Assembly: GCA_964416155.1 (NCBI GenBank)
Contig: CAYQCW010000014.1
Span: 1-42,455 of the forward strand
DNA length: 42,455 nt
Direction of reading: 5' to 3'
Source: an uncultured Nitrososphaerota archaeon
GTDB taxonomy: Archaea > Thermoproteota > EX4484-205 > JAAOZP01
Shown: positions 36,525 through 42,455 of the stretch, piece after piece
How the letters are laid out: the number at the start of each line of letters is the position of its first letter
How positions within the stretch are numbered: the first letter of the stretch is position 1
Notes under the pieces: model-generated
Database searches by the model: none
Seen by the model: the letters and a program-made list of their open reading frames with translations, nothing else
Told to the model about the DNA's origin: nothing
Position numbers and translations under genes: made by a program

Positions 36525-38132
36525 GTGTTGAAAACCTTTGGCTTACCACCCAGCGAGATAACGGAGCAGATTAAGAAGGGTAAAGTAACCATATGCATAG
36601 TTGGCCTAGGATACGTGGGTTTACCTCTTGCAACACTGTTCGCACTCGAGGGCGCTAGTGTCATAGGGTGCGACAAGAGGGAGGAGGTTGTTAGAAGAGT
36701 GATGTCTGGCGAGAGCCCTGTTCAGGAGCACGATGTCTTGAGTATTTTGAGGAGGGGCGGGGAGATGCTTAAGGTTAACTGCCCGAACTGCGGAGTGAGA
36801 CTCATAAAGTATTCTGAGCAGGTTTTCTGTCCTTCTTGCGGCAGGGGGGCGGAGGTGAGCGAGGGCAAAGTGCGCCTTCTAGTGGGCATTTCAAGCACGT
36901 ACTCGGAGCTCTCGTCCCAGAGAACACTCATCTCCGAAGCCTTGAGAACTGCGCTTGAAAGCGGCAGGCTTAAAGCAACCATGAACACGGTTGAAGCGGC
37001 AAGCAAGTCGGATGTGATAATGATCTGCGTTGGAACGCCTTTAGGAGATGATTTCAGGCCGAACTACAGTGACCTTATAGGTGCCTGCTCTGAAATAGGG
37101 AGGGGGCTGGAAAGGGGCGACCTAGTCATATTGAAGAGCACCGTCTCGCCCGGTACTACGGAGAACATAGTTGGGCCCGTGCTCGAGAAAGAGTCCCGCC
37201 TGAAGCTAGGTGTGGATTTCGGCCTAGCGAACTCGCCTGAACGCATAAAAGAGGGCTACGCGCTGTTCGAGTTTAGAACAGTCCCGAGAAACGTAGCAGG
37301 AGTTAACAAGGCTAGTGGAGAAGCTGCAGCAGCAGTCTTCAAAGTTTTCCCAGCTGAGGTTTACGTTTTCGACAGCCCCAGCGTTACTGAGGCAGCCAAG
37401 CTTTTCGAAAACATATACAGAGATGTGAACATAGCCCTAGCGAACGAGCTCGCGCTTATCTGCGAAGGGCTGCAGCTCGACGTTATGAAAGTGATAGAGG
37501 CCGCTAGGACCGACCCCAAGACGAATCTTCTGCTACCTGGGCCAGGAGTAGGAGGCTACTGTCTGCCTAAAGACCCTTATTATCTCGCCACACCGGCTAG
37601 GGACGCTGGTGTCGAGCCGAGGCTCATACTCTTAACGAGAAGCATAAACGACAGCATGCCCCTACACGTTTTAACTCTCGTCAGGGAAGCGTTCATCGAC
37701 ATGGGTGAGGAGGCGGGTGGCAAGGTTGTCGCAGTTTTAGGCCTAGCTTTCAAGGGGAACTCCGGCGACTTGAGGAATACGCCTATGAAGCCTGTTTTGA
37801 AAGGCTTAGGCGAAATGGGGGCTATGATTAAGGCTCATGACCCGCATGTCGACTTTCAGGAGGCTGAGAAAGTGTTCTTCGGATTAAACGTGTCCTTCAC
37901 GAGAAACATTCTGGAGTGCATCGCTGGGGCATCATGCCTAGTAATAGGGGCCGACCATCTTGATTACCGTAGGTTGACCCCTTCAGAAATCTCTGGGGCA
38001 ATGGCCAGACCGGCTGCGGTAGTTGATGCTAGACGTGTTTTCGACCCTGAGTCAATAATCGCGGAGGGCTTGATATACAGGGGAGTTGGCTATGGCCTAG
38101 TGAAACACTGGAAAAGCAGCTTAGGCAGGTGA
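36525..38132 (+). CDS. Nucleotide-sugar dehydrogenase (UDP-GlcNAc/ManNAc 6-dehydrogenase family) with inserted Zn ribbon
   Basis: GLGYVG, CVGTP, KSTVSPGTT, SPER, KLFENIYRDVNIALANE, GGYCLPKD and GLAFK..D.R. Insert carries CPNCG..CPSCG. Confidence 0.93.
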   Translation: MLKTFGLPPSEITEQIKKGKVTICIVGLGYVGLPLATLFALEGASVIGCDKREEVVRRVMSGESPVQEHDVLSILRRGGEMLKVNCPNCGVRLIKYSEQVFCPSCGRGAEVSEGKVRLLVGISSTYSELSSQRTLISEALRTALESGRLKATMNTVEAASKSDVIMICVGTPLGDDFRPNYSDLIGACSEIGRGLERGDLVILKSTVSPGTTENIVGPVLEKESRLKLGVDFGLANSPERIKEGYALFEFRTVPRNVAGVNKASGEAAAAVFKVFPAEVYVFDSPSVTEAAKLFENIYRDVNIALANELALICEGLQLDVMKVIEAARTDPKTNLLLPGPGVGGYCLPKDPYYLATPARDAGVEPRLILLTRSINDSMPLHVLTLVREAFIDMGEEAGGKVVAVLGLAFKGNSGDLRNTPMKPVLKGLGEMGAMIKAHDPHVDFQEAEKVFFGLNVSFTRNILECIAGASCLVIGADHLDYRRLTPSEISGAMARPAAVVDARRVFDPESIIAEGLIYRGVGYGLVKHWKSSLGR

Positions 38133-38650
38133 TTGTAAACATGGTTTTCACCGTTTTCCACTATCTTGCAGTCTCACCCCTGCAGTTCAGGTTTAGGGAA
38201 AGGGTTGACCCTGTTGCCCTAGCATTATCCTCGATGCTGACAGACATCGAGCCTCTAACAGGGTTTTTCACAGGAAACTACCACTGGGTTCTCCACAGCT
38301 TCACAGGGGCAATTCTCTTCTCAGTGCTGCTAGCCATCATCGTGCGCTTCCTTGAGAAGAGGGATTCATTCATAATACGTTTCTTCCACAGGGTTCTTCA
38401 CCTCGAGAGGAGGGAATACGGGTTTAGAAGCATACTGTCAACCAGCGTATTCGGAGGAGTGTCTCATGTCCTAGTTGATGCCTTCACGCATCGAAACTAC
38501 CCCTACGTTTTCTTCCCATTCAAGGCTTCGGAGAACCCTTTCTGGAGAGGTTTTGGAACCGGGTATGCTGTCCAAGCGCTTATGGTGTTACTATCTTTAT
38601 ACTCCGTGTACCTATGGGTTAGAAACGCTCTCCGGCATAAAACTTATTAA
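38129..38650 (+). CDS. Membrane-bound metal-dependent hydrolase-like protein (DUF4184/YdjM-like)
   Basis: FTVFH, SMLTDIE, HWVLHS and SHVLVDAFTH motifs. About 4 TMs. Confidence 0.75.
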   Translation: MIVNMVFTVFHYLAVSPLQFRFRERVDPVALALSSMLTDIEPLTGFFTGNYHWVLHSFTGAILFSVLLAIIVRFLEKRDSFIIRFFHRVLHLERREYGFRSILSTSVFGGVSHVLVDAFTHRNYPYVFFPFKASENPFWRGFGTGYAVQALMVLLSLYSVYLWVRNALRHKTY

Positions 38651-38685
38651 AAAAGTTTTTATTTTTCCGACTAACTGTTTCCAAC

Positions 38686-40050
38686 ATGCGTGATCTGATC
38701 AGCCTTTCTCCAGAGGAGCTTGAAGAGAGCCTTGTTAAGGGAGATATTACTGTTGCCGTTGTCGGGTTGGGTAGAATAGGCTTGCCGACAGCAGTCTCGT
38801 TCGCGGAGGGAGGGGCGAAAGTGATAGGTATTGACATAGACCCCACGGTGGTTTCAGAAGCCTGCAGGGGCAGGTCGAAATTCATAGATGAGCCCGGTTT
38901 AAACGAGCTTCTGAGCAAGATGGTTGGAAGCGGGAGGCTTAGCGTAACCACTGGGATCGAGAACGTGGAGAAGGCGGATATGGTGATAGTGGCTGTGCCG
39001 ACCCCGGTAAACGAGGAGAAGGTTCCCGATTATTCTTACGTAAACTCTGTCTGCGCCGACATCTCGAAACACCTTAAGAAGGGAGGCCTTGTCGTGATCG
39101 AGAGCACGGTAGGGCCAGGATACGTGGAGAGAGTCATAGTCCCGCTGCTTGAAAAAGGCTCCGGGATGAAGGCTGGGACTGACTTCGGGGTTGCAAGCTG
39201 CCCTGAGAGAGCCAATCCTGGAGCAATACTTAGAGATATGAGGAGTGTCCCGAGGATCGTTGGCGGCATAGACTCAAGAAGCCTTGAGTCGGCTGCAACG
39301 ATATACGAGAAGGTTTTCGGAGTGAAGGTGGTTAGGGTGAGCTCTCCTAAGGCGGCTAACGCTGCTAAGCTGATGGAGAATATTTTCAGGGACGTTAACA
39401 TTGCGCTGGCCAACGAGTTCGCCCTACTGTTCGAGAGGCTGGGTATAGATACTGACGAGGTGATTAGAGCATGCTCCACGAAGTATAACTTTGTGCCCCA
39501 CTTACCTGGGGTGGGTGTTGGGGGGCCATGTCTTCCCTCTAACTCTTACTACCTGATAGCGGAGAGCATTAGGGTTGGGAACATACCCTACCTCGTGAGG
39601 ATGGCTAGGGAGATAAACGACAGGATGCCGGAGCACGCGGTGGTGCTCGTCACGGAGGCGATGAACGAGGCTAACAAGATGGTGAGGGGAAGCAGGATAA
39701 CAGTGCTTGGCTTAAGCTACAAGCCGAACATAAGGGACCTTCAACTATCCCCGATGGAGAAGGTCTGCACCAAGCTTAAAGACATGGGGGCGAGGCTAAC
39801 GCTCTTCGACCCCTACTACAGGGGGGAGGCTGTCTTCGGAACAATGGTAGCAGCCAACATTGAGAGCGCTGTGAGCGGCGCTGACTGTATACTGGTTGGC
39901 ACAGCACACAAGGAGATAAGAAGCTTGGACATAGGGATGCTGGCCAGGCTGAGCAGCATGCCCGCTGCCTTAGTGGATACAAGCCAGACGGTTGACCCGG
40001 CGGAGGCGAGGAAAGCCGGGTTCGTATACAGGGGAGTAGGCAGAGCCTGA
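38686..40050 (+). CDS. Nucleotide-sugar dehydrogenase (second paralog)
   Basis: GLGRIG, AVPTP, ESTVGPG, CPER, KLMENIFRDVNIALANE and GGPCLPSN. Confidence 0.93.
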   Translation: MRDLISLSPEELEESLVKGDITVAVVGLGRIGLPTAVSFAEGGAKVIGIDIDPTVVSEACRGRSKFIDEPGLNELLSKMVGSGRLSVTTGIENVEKADMVIVAVPTPVNEEKVPDYSYVNSVCADISKHLKKGGLVVIESTVGPGYVERVIVPLLEKGSGMKAGTDFGVASCPERANPGAILRDMRSVPRIVGGIDSRSLESAATIYEKVFGVKVVRVSSPKAANAAKLMENIFRDVNIALANEFALLFERLGIDTDEVIRACSTKYNFVPHLPGVGVGGPCLPSNSYYLIAESIRVGNIPYLVRMAREINDRMPEHAVVLVTEAMNEANKMVRGSRITVLGLSYKPNIRDLQLSPMEKVCTKLKDMGARLTLFDPYYRGEAVFGTMVAANIESAVSGADCILVGTAHKEIRSLDIGMLARLSSMPAALVDTSQTVDPAEARKAGFVYRGVGRA

Positions 40051-40077
40051 AAAAGGCTTTTGCTTCCGTGTAAACGT

Positions 40078-40275
40078 CTACTTGCTCCTGTTCTTCCTGC
40101 GGAGGAAGAGGAACGTTGCTAAGAGAGCAGTGCCCGTAATAATCTCCGGGGCCACTGGAAACTCTGGAACTCCAGGCTCTACAGTTCCAGCGAGCGCGGT
40201 CGCCAAGAAAGCGGACAGCAATAGAGAGGACACTATGAACAGCGACGTCAGAATCCTTAAACCATGAATCTTCAT
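40078..40275 (-). CDS. Minimal PEF-CTERM-like protein (65 aa): signal peptide directly followed by the sorting signal
   Basis: MKIHGLRILTSLFIVSSLLLSAFLATALA-GTVEPGVPEFPVAPEIITGTALLATFLFLRRKNRSK. ATG 40275 was chosen because the TATA box lies at 40300-40307; the track's 40329 start falls inside the promoter. Confidence 0.8.
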   Translation of the reverse strand: MKIHGLRILTSLFIVSSLLLSAFLATALAGTVEPGVPEFPVAPEIITGTALLATFLFLRRKNRSK

Positions 40276-40299
40276 TAAAGTAGAAATATAAGAATCGCA

Positions 40300-40348
40300 T
40301 TTATAAGGATTATTGTAATAATAATCCATACATGGATTTGAAATACAT
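40300..40348 (-). promoter_or_regulatory. TATA box plus tandem 17-bp palindromic sites (module 3)
   Basis: TTTATAAG (40300-40307), TTGTAATAATAATCCAT (40313-40329) and near-perfect ATGGATTT-G-AAATACAT (40332-40348). Confidence 0.72.
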
Positions 40349-40369
40349 TCAGAGGCGCATCCTAACAGT

Positions 40370-40540
40370 TTAACCGTTAGACACGTTGCTTAAAAATTTT
40401 TGCAGAAGCTTCTCGCATATTTCCCTGAAGTAGGCGTTAGACGAGTTCATGCCCCTCATCAGTGCCATGTGTATGGCGGCCAACTCCTCCTCAGACAGCT
40501 TTATGGCGACACCCTGGCTCTCCATCTCTAACTCCGCCAT
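40370..40540 (-). CDS. Small 56-aa protein, ribbon-helix-helix-like
   Basis: Below the ORF-track cutoff. Translation: MAELEMESQGVAIKLSEEELAAIHMALMRGMNSSNAYFREICEKLLQKFLSNVSNG. TATA-like CTTATAAG at 40568-40575. Confidence 0.6.
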   Translation of the reverse strand: MAELEMESQGVAIKLSEEELAAIHMALMRGMNSSNAYFREICEKLLQKFLSNVSNG

Positions 40541-40545
40541 TTTGC

Positions 40546-40638
40546 TCAACGGTTATCAATGAAATTACTTATAAGTCTTATTCTGTAAAAAAGTAAACAG
40601 ACTAGTAGAGAGGCAATCTCTGAACCATGATTCCTCAT
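40546..40638 (-). pseudogene. Truncated remnant of a paralog of the 40078-40275 gene (signal-peptide start only)
   Basis: MRNHGSEIASLLVCLL versus MKIHGLRILTSLFIVSSLL; DNA aaccatgattcctcat versus aaccatgaatcttcat. It retains the same promoter module. Confidence 0.55.
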
Positions 40639-40661
40639 GGAGGGAAAAAATGCAAGCCGTT

Positions 40662-40710
40662 TATTTAAGAATTATGTAAATAACAATCTATTCATGGATT
40701 TATAGTAAAT
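40662..40710 (-). promoter_or_regulatory. TATA box plus tandem 17-bp sites (module 4, upstream of the remnant and RHH-like ORF)
   Basis: TATTTAAG (40662-40669), aatt, ATGTAAATAACAATCTA (40674-40690) and ATGGATTTATAGTAAAT (40694-40710). Confidence 0.62.
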
Positions 40711-40762
40711 TTGAGCATGATGGAAAACGCTTGCTCGAACCGCACGCCTAATCGAACGTGTG

Positions 40763-40768
40763 AAAAAA
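40763..40768 (-). terminator. Possible archaeal oligo-T terminator
   Basis: T6 on the minus strand, 2 nt after the TAG stop of 40771-41424. Confidence 0.35.
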
Positions 40769-40770
40769 GC

Positions 40771-41424
40771 CTAAGGCTTCCGCCTGTGCCTGAGCGCGTA
40801 GAGGGCGAGCAGACCTAGACCTGCAACTACCTCAGGGCCAAGCGCGAACTCCGGAACAGTAGGGCCACAGATCTCATACCAGAAGTAGTGATTGCCGGCA
40901 TTACCTGGACCTGGTTTCTCCCCGCCGTACTTGAATGATCTGAAGTGCACCCTGTAATAGAATTTGTCCCCAATATCGCCTGTTACATGCCATGTAACCC
41001 TAACAATCGTATGAGGTTCAGTGCCATCGAGCTGACCTACAGCTTTTTTTCCTGACCACGGAACATCGATATCACCAGTGCCTGAGTATGAAGTCCAAGT
41101 TAACCCTCCATCATTGCTGTACTCCCAAGTCACCGAGAAAGGAACACTGTCTCCGCTCTGCGTCTGGAAGAATAGAGAAGTTATCCTTTGATCTTGGTCA
41201 GCTGTATCTAAATAGTAAAAGTCGATGTAAAGAGTATAGTTTGTGCATGACGTTAAACAGCCTATCTTCTTTCCTGGAGGACTTGTGTAGCTAGTAGTAG
41301 TATTGTGATCAAAGGGGTGGATGGTTTGGCCTTCTTCTGCAAACGCTATGCGTGCTCCGAGTAGCAGTATTAAGAGTAAGAAGCTTACAGCCAACACCCG
41401 TGTTTTATTCATTCTCTCGACCAT
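40771..41424 (-). CDS. PEF-CTERM-like secreted surface protein
   Basis: Signal peptide (..AFA/EE), Thr/Ser-rich beta domain with N-x-T sequons, and C-terminus PTVPEFALGPEVVAGLGLLALYALRHRRKP. Confidence 0.88.
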   Translation of the reverse strand: MVERMNKTRVLAVSFLLLILLLGARIAFAEEGQTIHPFDHNTTTSYTSPPGKKIGCLTSCTNYTLYIDFYYLDTADQDQRITSLFFQTQSGDSVPFSVTWEYSNDGGLTWTSYSGTGDIDVPWSGKKAVGQLDGTEPHTIVRVTWHVTGDIGDKFYYRVHFRSFKYGGEKPGPGNAGNHYFWYEICGPTVPEFALGPEVVAGLGLLALYALRHRRKP

Positions 41425-41445
41425 GTTTTACTGTCTGTAAAGTTG

Positions 41446-41494
41446 TTTAAAAGCCTTCTGGATTCTAAATAAACGCTATGGATTTCACATTCAT
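41446..41494 (-). promoter_or_regulatory. TATA box plus tandem 17-bp palindromic sites (module 5)
   Basis: TTTAAAAG (41446-41453), cctt, CTGGATTCTAAATAAAC (41458-41474) and ATGGATTTCACATTCAT (41478-41494). Confidence 0.75.
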
Positions 41495-41547
41495 GCTCAG
41501 CGGTTCTGAAACACACGCTGCGTAAAAGCATCCTCGGAAACAGTTCT

Positions 41548-42455
41548 CTAGGAGAACATATCTAGGAATCGTGATGTGGCTTTCTCCCAGCTGAACTCTG
41601 ATAAAACCCTTTCACGAGCCTTTTCACCGAGCCTTCTGGCGAGCCCTTTGTCCTTGAGGAGTAGGCTTAACGCGTCCTGGAGAGCTTCCACATCATCCTG
41701 GGGCACTAGAATCCCGGTTTCCCAGTCTAAAACAGCCTCTGGAATGCCTCCTGTCCTCGTTCCCACGCTAGGCTTGGCGAAGAAGCCTGCCTCGAGGAAA
41801 ACCATGCCGAAGCCCTCGACATCCGTAGCGGTCTGCCGAGAGGGCATGGTGAAAACATCGCATTCAGCATACCTAGAGTATAGGTGTTTACCCCTTAAGG
41901 CTCCTGTGAACATGACCCTGTCCTCCAGCTTGAGCTGTTTAGCAAGGTCTTTGAGGCTGCTTAGGAAGGGGCCGTCTCCAACCATCACAAGCCTAGCGTT
42001 AGGATGCTCGTTCAAAAGCATTGCGAAGGCCTTTAGCAACAGGTCTGGGCCTTTCCTCCTGACCATTCGACCGACGAAAAGTATTGTTTCACCCTCACCC
42101 TGCCTTGGCCATTCTTCCACAGCTTGCTTAAGCGCTTCAACATCAACCCCCGGGTAGAGAATCCTAGCCTTCCCCTTCAACGCTCCAGGTATTAGACTCA
42201 GGGTTGACCTCGAGTTCACCCCGATTCTCTGCGCGAGCAGCAGTGAGATGAGAAGAGGGAGGAAGTAGGCGGGGTTTGGACGTGAAGCCAGGTAGTCCTT
42301 TCCGAAAAGCGAGACGCCAACCCTGGTACCCTTAATCAGACTGTAGACTAGGAAGAGGTTTCCCATGATCAGGTTGATGCCGCTGAAAACATGGACCATG
42401 TCAGGCTTTCCACCGACGCTTCTCACAGCCGTCAGGAAGATTTTAAACGTGTCTT
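41548..42455 (-). CDS. GT4 family glycosyltransferase (N-terminus beyond right edge)
   Basis: LFVGRMVRRKG, VGDGP and VEGFGMVFLEAG..KP. The frame is open to the window end. Confidence 0.93.
   Translation of the reverse strand, partial: DTFKIFLTAVRSVGGKPDMVHVFSGINLIMGNLFLVYSLIKGTRVGVSLFGKDYLASRPNPAYFLPLLISLLLAQRIGVNSRSTLSLIPGALKGKARILYPGVDVEALKQAVEEWPRQGEGETILFVGRMVRRKGPDLLLKAFAMLLNEHPNARLVMVGDGPFLSSLKDLAKQLKLEDRVMFTGALRGKHLYSRYAECDVFTMPSRQTATDVEGFGMVFLEAGFFAKPSVGTRTGGIPEAVLDWETGILVPQDDVEALQDALSLLLKDKGLARRLGEKARERVLSEFSWEKATSRFLDMFS

Noticed and set aside
36732-36929. Intein in the dehydrogenase insertion
   Set aside because: No N-terminal Cys/Ser block A or C-terminal His-Asn, and it is too short. 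It fits a Zn ribbon instead.
40276-40329. N-terminal extension MDYYYNNPYKCDSYISTL of the 83-aa ORF
   Set aside because: It translates the TATA box and operator region. ATG 40275 gives a canonical signal peptide at the expected distance from TATA.
5397-42157. Antisense or alternative-frame ORFs (e.g. 5397-5981, 22844-23275, 34685-35077, 39036-39479, 39776-40300, 41576-42157)
   Set aside because: They overlap well-supported genes and have no motifs or independent promoters, so they are treated as shadow ORFs.

Overview
This window is an archaeal cell-surface glycosylation and protein-sorting island. The archaeal call rests on TATA boxes about 25-40 bp upstream of start codons, an archaeosortase and an AglH/GPT-like transferase; a TACK-type lineage is inference only. 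Glycan genes: five GT4 and two GT2 glycosyltransferases, a Wzx-like flippase, two polysaccharide deacetylases, an NAD-dependent epimerase, an NDP-sugar nucleotidyltransferase, a GPT/MraY-family phosphotransferase, two nucleotide-sugar dehydrogenases and a frameshifted methyltransferase. Three large TM-anchored surface proteins are also present. The most notable system is one intact archaeosortase (1971-2885) with four dispersed VPE[FI]-TM-basic (PEF-CTERM-like) substrates. All four genes, plus a truncated fifth paralog, share one promoter architecture: TATA, a 4-5 nt gap, then two copies of a 17-bp quasi-palindrome (approx. ATGKATTT-N-AAATMCAT) 19-20 bp apart. This looks like a sorting-substrate regulon. 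One substrate has Cys-Gln thioester-domain motifs and one is little more than signal peptide plus sorting signal. Candidate regulators in the window are a DUF354-like GT-B fold fused to an ArnR1-like winged helix and an unannotated 56-aa ribbon-helix-helix-like ORF. A probably catalytically dead archaeosortase paralog and a dehydrogenase with an inserted Zn ribbon are also present. No rRNA, tRNA, CRISPR array or transposase was recognised. All family calls come from motif recognition by eye, not database searches.
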